From assembly GCA_028290125.1 (NCBI GenBank), contig JAQGKM010000133.1:1-48708 (forward strand): a stretch of DNA of 48,708 bases. The letters are read 5' to 3'. A model generated the notes under the pieces. That model had not been told where the DNA came from. It saw only the letters and a program-made list of their open reading frames with translations, and did not search any database. How positions within the stretch are numbered: the stretch's first letter is position 1; each line of letters opens with the position of its first letter. Source of the stretch: Hyphomicrobiales bacterium. GTDB lineage: Bacteria > Pseudomonadota > Alphaproteobacteria > Rhizobiales > Beijerinckiaceae. The position numbers were made by a program, and so were the translations under genes. Shown here piece by piece: positions 1 to 8,877 of this stretch.

Positions 1-14
1 TTGATTTCCCGCAT
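1..14 (-). CDS. rho: Transcription termination factor Rho, 5' end only (runs off the window)
   Basis: Reverse complement of 1-14 reads ATG CGG GAA ATC AA (MREIK/N), like alphaproteobacterial Rho starts; hemE-hemJ-rho is a conserved order. Only 4 complete codons are visible. Confidence 0.6.
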
Positions 15-206
15 GGGGATCGTCCTTAGACTGCGCGGCCGAGCGGCCGGCGTAACAATGAAGGTGGGGGAGGCGAGAGCGCGGGCCGGAACGATCGACG
101 TTCACTGGAGGCGCACGGCCAGAAGGAAGGAATTGAGCCGTACCCCAAAACCCGGACGTGATCAAGGGCTCTGTCAATGAGCCCTCGCGGCCTAGTTAGC
201 GCGAGC

Positions 207-635
207 TCAGGAGAATGGCTTAACGACGACAAGGACGACGATAAAGATCAGGAGGAGCGTCGGCGCCTCATTGAGGATCCGATAAAATCGTCCCGAGTGG
301 CGGTTAGTCCCAGCTGCGAAGCGCTTGCGAAGCACGCCGAGGTAGCCATGCACGCCGGTCATGCCAAGCACGAGAAGCAGTTTGGCGTGCAGCCAGGGCG
401 CGACGAAGAACCCGGCTGACCATGCGAGGTAAAGCCCCGAGACCCAGGCCACGATCAACGCCGGGGTCATGATGTAACGCTGAAGCCTGAATTCCATGAC
501 TTCGAACAGGCCACCCTGATCGGAGTCCTTCGCGACGCCCGAATGATAGACGAACAGACGCGGCAGGTAGAGCATTCCGGCCATCCAGGAAATGACAGCC
601 AGGATGTGGAGCGCCTTGATCCAGAGATACAGCAT
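207..635 (-). CDS. hemJ: Protoporphyrinogen oxidase HemJ
   Basis: Motifs WIKALHILAVISWMAGMLYLPRLFVYH, WLHAKL and RILNEAPT; hydrophobic; directly downstream of hemE. Confidence 0.95.
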   Translation of the reverse strand: MLYLWIKALHILAVISWMAGMLYLPRLFVYHSGVAKDSDQGGLFEVMEFRLQRYIMTPALIVAWVSGLYLAWSAGFFVAPWLHAKLLLVLGMTGVHGYLGVLRKRFAAGTNRHSGRFYRILNEAPTLLLIFIVVLVVVKPFS

Positions 636-638
636 CAG

Positions 639-1691
639 TCAGAGATCCCGGACTCGGCGGACCAATTGTTCGACATGTTCGATGGGCGTCACCGGGAGGA
701 TCCCATGGCCAAGATTGAAAACGTAGGGCCGTCCGTCAAAAGCCTGCTTGATGAGATCGACGGACCGGTCGAGGGCAGGGCCGCCGGCGATTAGCGCCAG
801 GGGATCAAGATTGCCCTGAACGGGCTTGTGCACCTGGATCTCCTTGGCCGCCCAGACTGGATCCGTCGCCGTGTCCAACCCCAGGGCATTGATGTCGGGA
901 TGATCGCAGAAGGCTCTCAGATGGCTGCCAACGCCCCTCGGGAACGCGATGATGCGAGCGTCGGGCACGCGTGACTTGACGCCCTCGACGATCGCCAGAA
1001 CCGGTTTGAGACACCAAGCCTCGAATTCCAGGGTCGGCAACACACCTGCCCAGGAATCGAAGATCTGGACGACCTCCACCCCGGCCTTGAACTGCCGCTC
1101 GAGATAGGCAATCGAACTTTCCACGAGAAGGTCGATCAGGCGTTTAAAAAGCTCGGGGTGCCTGTAGGCGAACAGCCGGGCGGGGGCTTGGTCTGGCGTT
1201 CCGCGGCCGGCGATCATGTAGCTCGCAACCGTCCAGGGCGCACCGCAGAACCCGATCAGAGCGACCGGCCCGGGCAGCGCCGATTTGACCCTGTCGATGG
1301 TCTCGAACACCGGGGCCAGCTTCTCGAGGTCGATCTGTTCGTGGAGCTTTGCGAAATCCTCGGCTGAGGAGATTGGCGGGAGACGAGGTCCCTCTCCCTG
1401 CTCGAAAGTCACCTTCTGCCCAAGGGCGTCAGGGACGACGAGAATATCACTGAAGATGATGGCAGCGTCGAAGCCGAAGCGGCTGATGGGCTGGAGGGTC
1501 GCTTCGGTCGCAAGCTTCGGCGAATAGCAGAAATCCAGAAACGTAGGTACCGAGGCCCTGATCTCCCTGTATTCGGGAAGATAGCGGCCAGCCTGTCGCA
1601 TCATCCAGAGTGGTGGCTTGGTGGTCGCACGACCGTCCAGCGTCTCGATGAAAATCTTGCTTGTCGAAGATTGGGGCACCTGGGGATACAT
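639..1691 (-). CDS. hemE: Uroporphyrinogen decarboxylase
   Basis: PLWMMRQAGRYLPEY, IFSDIL, GFCGAPWT, FNLGHGI signatures. Start may instead be GTG at 1679. Confidence 0.97.
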   Translation of the reverse strand: MYPQVPQSSTSKIFIETLDGRATTKPPLWMMRQAGRYLPEYREIRASVPTFLDFCYSPKLATEATLQPISRFGFDAAIIFSDILVVPDALGQKVTFEQGEGPRLPPISSAEDFAKLHEQIDLEKLAPVFETIDRVKSALPGPVALIGFCGAPWTVASYMIAGRGTPDQAPARLFAYRHPELFKRLIDLLVESSIAYLERQFKAGVEVVQIFDSWAGVLPTLEFEAWCLKPVLAIVEGVKSRVPDARIIAFPRGVGSHLRAFCDHPDINALGLDTATDPVWAAKEIQVHKPVQGNLDPLALIAGGPALDRSVDLIKQAFDGRPYVFNLGHGILPVTPIEHVEQLVRRVRDL

Positions 1692-2070
1692 CCTCTATAA
1701 AGATCTTAGAATCTTTTAAAGATCTTCGTCTTTTTCTTATTGGCAGTGACTAGGCGTTACGCGAGACCATGCACAAGGGGGCGGCGGGTTGTCCACTCAT
1801 CCCCACTGATTAACATGCCTTCGCCAGCTTGTGGACAAGTTAACGAACCCTTAACGATTCCAGCCCTCAATCGGCAAGGCCAAGCATCAGGCCCGTATCT
1901 CTGTCCCCATCAACCACGGTGATCACATCGAAGCTGGTGTTTCAGCCCTCGATGATTTTAGTGTTGATTGAATTCCGGGTCAGCGGGGCGTCGAGCGCCC
2001 GGCGAGCCAGAATGACCCGAGTTATCCGGTCCCGTCCCCAGCCAGACTCACAAGCTGTGGATGACGGCCT
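1692..2070. other. Probable chromosomal replication origin (oriC)
   Basis: Lies between divergent hemE and ppsR, the usual alphaproteobacterial oriC site. AT-rich tract 1692-1741; DnaA-box-like TGTGGACAA 1830-1838 and TGTGGATGA 2056-2064 (1 mismatch each to TGTGGATAA); weaker TTGTCCACT 1789-1797 and TCATCCCCA 1797-1805; CtrA box 1840-1854. Confidence 0.8.
1840..1855 (+). promoter_or_regulatory. CtrA binding site (TTAA-N7-TTAAC)
   Basis: TTAA-CGAACCC-TTAAC is an exact consensus match, flanked by a DnaA-box-like 9-mer and a GATTC site (1856-1860). Confidence 0.75.
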
Positions 2071-2086
2071 CAACAGGAGTGCTGCG

Positions 2087-2920
2087 TTGGGCCGTAATTA
2101 TTTTCACCTCCATCTGGTTTCCGATGCGACGGGCGAAACCCTGATCGCCGTGAGCCGCGCGGTTACGGCGCAGTTCCAGGGCGTCTCTTCGATCGAGCAT
2201 GTCTATCCTTTGATCCGAACGCGCGCGCAGCTGGATCGCGCCATTGCGGAAATCGAGTCGGCGCCAGGCATCGTGCTCTTCACGCTCGTCGACCGCGAGT
2301 TGTCGGAAGCACTTGTCACTGCCTGCCGCGAATGCGGAAGTCCGTGCCTGTCCGTACTCGAGCCGATATTTGGAATGTTCCAATCTTATCTGGGCACCGC
2401 GCAGACGTCTCGCCCGGGTGCGCAGCACATGCTGAACTCGGAATATTTCCGCCGCATCGACGCGCTCAATTTCACGATGATGCACGATGACGGACAGCAG
2501 ACAGAAAATCTGGAGCAGGCGGACGTTCTGCTCCTCGGCGTGAGCCGCACATCCAAAACTCCAACGAGCATCTATCTGGCAAACCGTGGCGTGAAGACCG
2601 CCAATATTCCGCTCGTGCCCGGCGTCGCCCTGCCACCCTTCGTGGAAAACCTCAAGCACCCGTTAATCGTGGGCCTGATCGCATCGCCGGAACGCATCGT
2701 GCAGATCAGGCAGAATCGCTTGCTGTCGCTGAATGCAGACCAGGAAAGTCCCTATGTCGACAGAATGGCCGTGGCGGCAGAAATAGCTCATTCAAAGCGG
2801 CTTTTCGCAGAGCGCGGATGGCCCATGATCGATGTCACACGGCGGTCCATCGAGGAGACCGCCGCGGGGATCATCGATCTCTACAAGGAGCACCGCCTGA
2901 AATTTATAGCCGAGGGTTGA
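2087..2920 (+). CDS. ppsR: PEP synthase / pyruvate phosphate dikinase regulatory protein (DUF299 kinase-pyrophosphorylase)
   Basis: HLVSDATGET, HDDGQ, GVSRTSKTPTSIYLA, IDVTRRSIEETA motifs. Start set to TTG 2087 after AGGAG (2075-2079); the longer ORF from 1919 overlaps the origin. Confidence 0.92.
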   Translation: MGRNYFHLHLVSDATGETLIAVSRAVTAQFQGVSSIEHVYPLIRTRAQLDRAIAEIESAPGIVLFTLVDRELSEALVTACRECGSPCLSVLEPIFGMFQSYLGTAQTSRPGAQHMLNSEYFRRIDALNFTMMHDDGQQTENLEQADVLLLGVSRTSKTPTSIYLANRGVKTANIPLVPGVALPPFVENLKHPLIVGLIASPERIVQIRQNRLLSLNADQESPYVDRMAVAAEIAHSKRLFAERGWPMIDVTRRSIEETAAGIIDLYKEHRLKFIAEG

Positions 2921-2923
2921 TCC

Positions 2924-3541
2924 GTGACCCCACTCTGGAAACTCGACCAGCCGATTCTGCTTGCGTCGACCAGCCCGACGCGGCTTCAACTCTTGCAGTC
3001 GGCAGCGATTCCGGTCGAGGTTCGATCGCCGGACGTCGATGAACGTGCGGTCGAAGCGGAGCTTCAGAGGCAAAATCTGTCCCCTGACGCGATCGCCCTC
3101 GAGCTGGCGACGGCGAAAGGAGCGCAGGTCAGTCGACAGCTTTCCGATCGCCTCGTGGTGGCAGCTGACCAGACGCTTGCGCTGGGCGCCAGGCAGTATC
3201 ACAAGCCGAAAAATATCGATGACGGTCGCGAGCAATTACTCAGCCTGTCCGGCAAGACGCATGCGCTGCACTCGGCGGTGGTGTGCTTCCGTGGCGGCGA
3301 AAGATTGTTCGCGCATGTCGAGACCGCCCGGCTGACGATGCGGCCGTTCGGTCCCGCTTTTCTTGAGGCTTACATGTCTGTCGCCGGCGACACGGTCCTG
3401 CGCAGCGTCGGTGGATACCAGCTCGAAGGATTCGGCGTGCATCTCTTCGAGCGGATCGAAGGCGATCACTCGACGATCCTCGGCTTGCCTCTCATGCCTC
3501 TGCTTGCATACTTGAGAAGCGCTGGCGCTGTCGAAGCCTAG
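2924..3541 (+). CDS. maf: Maf-family nucleotide pyrophosphatase
   Basis: ILLASTSPTR, VAADQTL, HKPKN, SVGGYQLEG, ILGLPL motifs. Confidence 0.92.
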   Translation: MTPLWKLDQPILLASTSPTRLQLLQSAAIPVEVRSPDVDERAVEAELQRQNLSPDAIALELATAKGAQVSRQLSDRLVVAADQTLALGARQYHKPKNIDDGREQLLSLSGKTHALHSAVVCFRGGERLFAHVETARLTMRPFGPAFLEAYMSVAGDTVLRSVGGYQLEGFGVHLFERIEGDHSTILGLPLMPLLAYLRSAGAVEA

Positions 3542-3546
3542 GAGAC

Positions 3547-4146
3547 TTGATGCTGATCGTGGGACTGACGGGATCTATCGGCATGGGCAAGTCGACGACG
3601 GCGCAGATCTTCCGCGACCTCGGCGCCCCCGTCCATGATTCCGACGCCGCCGTCCACGAAATCTATCGAACGACAGCGCGTGAACCTGTTCGCGCACTAT
3701 TCCCCGGTGCTGTGGACGGTGACGGAGTCAATCGCGCGAAGCTTGCATCCATTGTCCTGGCGGATACCTCCGCCCTGAAGCGTCTTGAAGGCATGGTCCA
3801 TCCCCTCGTCGCGGAGCACCGTCGTCAATTCATTCAGGCCTGCGCGAAGACAGGCGCCAGTCTGGTCGTTTGCGATATCCCGTTGCTGTTCGAGACAGGA
3901 GCCGACAGCCATGTGGATCTGACGATCGTCGTCACCGCATCAGCGGCTGTGCAAAAGGCACGTGTCATGGCGCGACCCGGAATGACCGCAGAGAGATTTT
4001 CCGCCATAATGGACAAACAGATGCCGGATGCGGAGAAGCGTCGTCGGGGTCATGTGGTCATCGATACGGGGCGGGGCATTCCAGCTGCGCGTCGGCAGGT
4101 CGAAGACTTGTTACGCGCCCTCTCTGCGCGTGCTCACGCAGTTTGA
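3547..4146 (+). CDS. coaE: Dephospho-CoA kinase
   Basis: GLTGSIGMGKST P-loop, VHPLV, DIPLLFE. Confidence 0.96.
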   Translation: MMLIVGLTGSIGMGKSTTAQIFRDLGAPVHDSDAAVHEIYRTTAREPVRALFPGAVDGDGVNRAKLASIVLADTSALKRLEGMVHPLVAEHRRQFIQACAKTGASLVVCDIPLLFETGADSHVDLTIVVTASAAVQKARVMARPGMTAERFSAIMDKQMPDAEKRRRGHVVIDTGRGIPAARRQVEDLLRALSARAHAV

Positions 4147-4161
4147 AGGTAGTCATCCCAG

Positions 4162-4851
4162 ATGCGGGAAATCGTCCTCGATACGGAAACGACTGGTCTC
4201 GATCCCTCGACGGGTGACCGGATTGTCGAAATCGCGTGCGTGGAGATCGTCAACACGGTTCCAACCGGCGAGACCTTTCACGTCTTCATCGATCCGCAAC
4301 GCGACATGCCCGAGGAGGCGTTTCGAGTACATGGACTTTCAACGGATTTTCTCAGAGGAAAGCCGCTTTTCGACGAGATCGCCGACGCCTTCATGACTTT
4401 TATCGGCGACGCGCCGCTCGTCATCCACAACGCCGAATTCGACATGCGTTTCATCAATGCGGAATTGCAGCGCTGCAAGCGCGCGCCGCTGCTGATGGAT
4501 CGCGTCATCGACACACTGGGTCTTGCGCGTCGGAAGCACCCTGGGTCACCGAATTCGCTCGATGCCCTTTGCGCACGTTACCGAATCGACAATTCACGCC
4601 GCACGAAACATGGCGCGTTGCTCGACTCTGAATTATTGGCGGAGGTGTACGTCGAGCTGGTCGGCGGGCGTCAGGCAGCTCTGGTGCTCGCAAGCGATAT
4701 TCAGATCGTCGAGACAATCACCATCATCTCGATCGAGCCTCGTCCGGAGCCGATCGGCCCGCTGATCGAACTTGCAGAAGAAAACGCCCACCGCGCCTTC
4801 ATAGGCAAGATGGGCGAGAAAGCCTTGTGGCTGAAATACCTTCCGCAGTGA
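4162..4851 (+). CDS. dnaQ: DNA polymerase III epsilon subunit
   Basis: DEDDh exonuclease motifs LDTETTG, HNAEFD, HGALLDSELLAEVY. Confidence 0.96.
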   Translation: MREIVLDTETTGLDPSTGDRIVEIACVEIVNTVPTGETFHVFIDPQRDMPEEAFRVHGLSTDFLRGKPLFDEIADAFMTFIGDAPLVIHNAEFDMRFINAELQRCKRAPLLMDRVIDTLGLARRKHPGSPNSLDALCARYRIDNSRRTKHGALLDSELLAEVYVELVGGRQAALVLASDIQIVETITIISIEPRPEPIGPLIELAEENAHRAFIGKMGEKALWLKYLPQ

Positions 4852-4855
4852 GCGA

Positions 4856-5320
4856 CTAGGACAGCGTCTGCTGCGCTTCGGCCGCGCGCTGGCGATAAAG
4901 GTTCGCGAAGTCGATCGGATCGATCAGCAAGGGAGGGAAGCCGCCACCACGCACGGCATCGGCGACGATCTGGCGAGCGAACGGAAACATCAGCCGCGGG
5001 CATTCGATCATCAGGATCGGATGCATTTCGGTTTCGGGAATGTTCTGCAAGCGGAACACGCCGCCGTAAGTCAGATCGAATTTGAAGAGCGTCGTCGTTC
5101 CCTCGGCCGCAGATCCTTCGAGCAGCAATTCCACTTCGAAATCCGTCTCGGCGAGCTGGCGCAGATTGACGTTGACCTGGATGGTGATGTTCGGGCCGTT
5201 CTCCTGCGGGCCCAGCGAGCGCGGTGCGTTCGGGTTTTCAAACGACAGGTCTTTTGTGTACTGGGCCAGGACGTTCAGCTGCGGCATGGCCTCGGCGCTC
5301 GCGCCATTCGTGTCACTCAT
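4856..5320 (-). CDS. secB: Protein-export chaperone SecB
   Basis: [38 protein letters not shown]. Start set to ATG 5320. Confidence 0.95.
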   Translation of the reverse strand: MSDTNGASAEAMPQLNVLAQYTKDLSFENPNAPRSLGPQENGPNITIQVNVNLRQLAETDFEVELLLEGSAAEGTTTLFKFDLTYGGVFRLQNIPETEMHPILMIECPRLMFPFARQIVADAVRGGGFPPLLIDPIDFANLYRQRAAEAQQTLS

Positions 5321-5825
5321 CGTCCAGACTCCTGCGTTGTGCGGCTTTCGGGTCGCCGGGTAGCATGCCGGCGTGAGGTTCACAAGGCGGGCGCCCGTCG
5401 CGATCTTGCGCCGAACGCCATTCGTCCGGGTCCAGGTCCAGTACGCCATCCCGCTGCGCCGGTCGCCCAGCAACGCCGAACACCCCCGTCAGGCGTCGGC
5501 TGACAAAAGGTGTGAGCAACAACAAGCCAACAACATCAGAGACCAAGCCGGGAAGTAGAAGAAAAATGCCAGACACGATGTGCACAAGGCCGCCGGCTGG
5601 CGCTGTTTGGGCGCCGGCGGTACGGCCGTCCATCGCGCGTTTCAGGGTAGCGAGACTGTCCCGGCCGGCCTTGCGCAGGATCATGAGGCCGAGCGTCGAA
5701 GTCGCAAACCCCAGGGCGAGCGTCGGGAGCCAACCCAGAAATTGAACCGCGATGGCGAGCGCGGCGACTTCCGCGACCAGCCAGGCGAGGATCGCGACTT
5801 TGATTTTAGTCCTCGTTTGCATCAC
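5313..5825 (-). CDS. fxsA: FxsA-family membrane protein
   Basis: Hydrophobic N-terminus and [21 protein letters not shown] motif; conserved position upstream of secB. Confidence 0.85.
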   Translation of the reverse strand: MMQTRTKIKVAILAWLVAEVAALAIAVQFLGWLPTLALGFATSTLGLMILRKAGRDSLATLKRAMDGRTAGAQTAPAGGLVHIVSGIFLLLPGLVSDVVGLLLLTPFVSRRLTGVFGVAGRPAQRDGVLDLDPDEWRSAQDRDGRPPCEPHAGMLPGDPKAAQRRSLDDE

Positions 5826-5951
5826 GACCTCGTCAGCTTGGCCAGAACCACGCGTGGCGAAAATGCAATGCGGCTCCTATCTGTTATATAAGAACGCGTT
5901 CGAACGGCGAAAGCCGCAGGACATTCAAGACCGGGCACGGATGAGAAACTG

Positions 5952-6656
5952 ATGGATGTGACAACGATCGTCTTCGCGCTGCTGGCCATTTTCGTGGTGT
6001 GGAAGTTGCGCTCCGTGCTTGGCACACGGACAGGAAATGAGCAGCCTCCGCTTGAGGCGGTCCGTCGCCGGACGCCTGAACCGACCGCAGACGACAACGC
6101 GCGCACAGTCGTTCGCTTCCCGGGCGCCGCGCCGGATCCCGCCAAGCCGGCCGAAACGCCGGATCGCCGCGCCGCATGGTTGCGCATCCCCGGCGTCTCC
6201 GAAAAGGTTCTGCCGGGCCTTGAGGCCATCGCAGACGCCGATTCGACGTTCGATCCGAAGACCTTCATTGAAGGCGCCAACGCCGCCTACGAGATGATCA
6301 TCATGTCGTTCGCGGCCGGCAATCGCGCGGCGCTTCAGGAGCTTCTGTCGAAGGATGTCTTCGAAAGTTTCGCGTCGGCGATCGCCGACCGGCAGCAGCG
6401 TGGCGAAACAGTCGACACGACATTCGTGTCGATCGACCGCACAACAATCGAAGATGCGCAATTGCGCACGCCAATGGCTCAGGTTTCGCTGCGTTTTCAG
6501 TCCAAGCTGATCACGGCGACGCGAGATCGCTCTGGCAAGATCATCGAGGGCAATTCCGACAAGGTGGTCGACATGGTCGACGTCTGGACGTTCGCTCGGG
6601 ATACCTCGTCGCGGGACCCCAACTGGCTGCTGGTGGCGACCGAGGCGGGCGCGTGA
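5952..6656 (+). CDS. Tim44/TimA-family inner-membrane protein
   Basis: N-terminal TM helix followed by KLRSVLG; FDPKTFIEGANAAYEMI; C-terminal DVWTFAR...DPNWLLVAT. Confidence 0.9.
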   Translation: MDVTTIVFALLAIFVVWKLRSVLGTRTGNEQPPLEAVRRRTPEPTADDNARTVVRFPGAAPDPAKPAETPDRRAAWLRIPGVSEKVLPGLEAIADADSTFDPKTFIEGANAAYEMIIMSFAAGNRAALQELLSKDVFESFASAIADRQQRGETVDTTFVSIDRTTIEDAQLRTPMAQVSLRFQSKLITATRDRSGKIIEGNSDKVVDMVDVWTFARDTSSRDPNWLLVATEAGA

Positions 6657-6687
6657 TCAGACGTTCTGAAAATACGATCTCTGGCAG

Positions 6688-7815
6688 ATGACGCCGGCGG
6701 ACGATCTGCCGCCGGCCTTCGACCTGAGGCGGGTCTCTTTCGACGCGTTGCCGGGCGTTTTCGACCAAGTTACGGCCTTCTGGACGCCATTTCTTCAGTC
6801 GTGCAAGGCGGTGGTGGAACAGGCATCGGAGCTGCGCAAGGCTGTCTCGCCGAGCGCAGCGCAACGCGCGGCTTCTCTGCAGGCGTTGTCACTCGGACCT
6901 GACGCGCCCGCACATTCCATCAGCGCATATTTGAAGGACCGCTTCACGCCGTACCTCATCGTGCCGCGTGAGGCCGAGACCCGCGCGTTCTTCACGGCCT
7001 ACTACCGCCCCGAAGTGCGCGCGTCGCTTACCAGATCTCCGCAATTTGGCGAACCGCTCCTGCAGCGCCCAGCCGACCTCCTGACCTTGCAGCCGGGCGA
7101 CGAGTTCGCCCATTTGCAAGGCCTCTCGTCAGCAAGGCGCCTCCCGGACGGTGTACTCGCGCCTTATCCGACGCGAGCCGAGATCGATGCCGGCGCTCTC
7201 GGTGAACTGGCTCGACCCATCGCCTATGTCGCCGACGCGATCGAAGCTTTCATGATCCATGTTCAGGGCTCGGCGCGGCTGTTGCTGGACGATGGGCAGG
7301 TCCTCGATCTGACCTACGCGGGCAGAAACGGGCAACCCTATACATCCATCGGAAAAATCCTGATCGAGCGGGGCGACGTCCCGCTTGCGGAGATGTCGCT
7401 CGAACGGCTCAAGGCATGGGTGCGCGACAGCGGACAGGAAGCTGGAGAGCGCGGGCGCGCCTTGCTGCACGCCAACAGATCGTTCGTTTTCTTTTCCGCC
7501 GCTCCTTCCAGCAAGGGAGCAGGGCCGATCGGCGCGGCTGGCTTGCCCCTCACGTCGATGCGCTCGATCGCCATCGATCGCTCCATCTGGCCTTACGGTC
7601 TACCGTACTGGGCCGAAGTCGACGCACCCTGGTCGGCTGGTCAGTCGGCTCCGTTCAATCGCCTCGTCGTTGGGCAGGACACGGGTTCGGCGATCCTTGG
7701 GGCAGCCCGCGCGGACCTGTTTTTTGGCGATGGCGCCGAAGCGGGGCGGCTGGCTGGATCGGTTCGTCATCATGGTCGCCTGTTTGTGCTGCTGCCCGGA
7801 GGCGAGATCCGATGA
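6688..7815 (+). CDS. mltA: MltA-family lytic murein transglycosylase
   Basis: FTAYYRP, HVQGSA, YAGRNGQPYTSIG, NRSFVFF and QDTGSAI...RADLFFG (3D domain). Confidence 0.9.
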   Translation: MTPADDLPPAFDLRRVSFDALPGVFDQVTAFWTPFLQSCKAVVEQASELRKAVSPSAAQRAASLQALSLGPDAPAHSISAYLKDRFTPYLIVPREAETRAFFTAYYRPEVRASLTRSPQFGEPLLQRPADLLTLQPGDEFAHLQGLSSARRLPDGVLAPYPTRAEIDAGALGELARPIAYVADAIEAFMIHVQGSARLLLDDGQVLDLTYAGRNGQPYTSIGKILIERGDVPLAEMSLERLKAWVRDSGQEAGERGRALLHANRSFVFFSAAPSSKGAGPIGAAGLPLTSMRSIAIDRSIWPYGLPYWAEVDAPWSAGQSAPFNRLVVGQDTGSAILGAARADLFFGDGAEAGRLAGSVRHHGRLFVLLPGGEIR

Positions 7816-8426
7816 CGTCCGGCCGCAAGGGCGCGCCGACGGTTGGACGGCGGCGGCTTTCCAAGGAAGAGATTTCACTCTGGCTGCAGGTCACCCGCAC
7901 GATCACGCCTCGTCCGGGCGCCCAGGCGCCTGAAAGCCCGCCAGACATCGCCGGCAAGCCATCGCCTGAAAACTTGCAGGCGGATGCCGCGCCAGCTTCG
8001 AAACCTCAGCCCTCGAAGCCCAGCAAAGGCCCGTTTCGGCCGGTCCCGCTTCCCCTCGCGCCCATTGAGCGGCGTTTGCGCCAGCGCCTGTCTCGCGGAC
8101 AGATCGCGATCGATCTGAAAATCGATCTGCACGGCATGCGTCAGGACGAAGCGCACACCGCCTTGCGGAGCTTCCTCGCAAGGGCGCGGCAGTGCGAGGC
8201 GAAAGTGGTTCTGGTCGTGACCGGCAAGGGAGCCAGCAAGACGCAGCCCAACGCCTACGGGATCGAAGGCGGAGTGCTTCGCAGGACCGTACCGCACTGG
8301 CTCAGCGCGCCGGAGTTGCGGCACGTCGTCCTCGGATTCGAGGAGGCGGCGTCGGGACACGGCGGCTCGGGCGCGCTCTACGTTCGCCTGCGCAGCAAGC
8401 GAGCCGCTGGAGGTCCTCACACGTGA
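7812..8426 (+). CDS. Stand-alone Smr-domain endonuclease
   Basis: IDLHGM, VLVVTGKG, HGGSGALYVRLR; ATG 7812 overlaps the mltA stop (ATGA). Confidence 0.9.
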   Translation: MTSGRKGAPTVGRRRLSKEEISLWLQVTRTITPRPGAQAPESPPDIAGKPSPENLQADAAPASKPQPSKPSKGPFRPVPLPLAPIERRLRQRLSRGQIAIDLKIDLHGMRQDEAHTALRSFLARARQCEAKVVLVVTGKGASKTQPNAYGIEGGVLRRTVPHWLSAPELRHVVLGFEEAASGHGGSGALYVRLRSKRAAGGPHT

Positions 8427-8806
8427 CGCCATTTGGACAGAAGCTGCGGACCATGCGGGCCGACCGCAGCATCACCTTGAAGGCCATGGCGGAGGAACTC
8501 GGCGTTTCGGCGGCCTATCTGTCGGCGCTGGAGCACGGGCGCCGAGGCGCGCCGACCTGGTATCTCGTGCAGCGGATTATCACCTTTTTCAACGTCATCT
8601 GGGACGAAGCCGAGGAAATCGAGCGCCTCGCCCAAATTTCCCACCCACGCGTGGTGGTCGATACGTCGGGACTGGGCCCGCAGGCGACCGAATTCGCCAA
8701 CACGTTCGCGCGCCGGATCGGCGCTCTCAGCGAGCAGGACATTCGCGCGCTCCTTGAACTCCTCAACGAGCGGCTCAAGGCCGCAGATCGCCGACCAAAG
8801 GCCTGA
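8423..8806 (+). CDS. XRE-family HTH transcriptional regulator
   Basis: TPFGQKLRTMR...MAEELGVSAAYLSALEHGRRG; GTG 8423 overlaps the smr stop (GTGA). Confidence 0.88.
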   Translation: MTPFGQKLRTMRADRSITLKAMAEELGVSAAYLSALEHGRRGAPTWYLVQRIITFFNVIWDEAEEIERLAQISHPRVVVDTSGLGPQATEFANTFARRIGALSEQDIRALLELLNERLKAADRRPKA

Positions 8807-8877
8807 TGTCACGTCAAGGCTTGACCGGCCGATGGCGGCGCCCCAAACGGACCTCGGATTTGAACCTGGAGCACAAG

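Noticed and set aside
1919-2086. 56-aa N-terminal extension of PpsR
   Set aside because: No family similarity, it overlaps origin motifs, and a good SD precedes TTG 2087.
7416-7811. Long N-terminal extensions of Smr (and of XRE from 8192, SecB from 5473)
   Set aside because: These are alternative-frame read-through within the upstream genes; coupled starts at 7812, 8423 and 5320 fit better.
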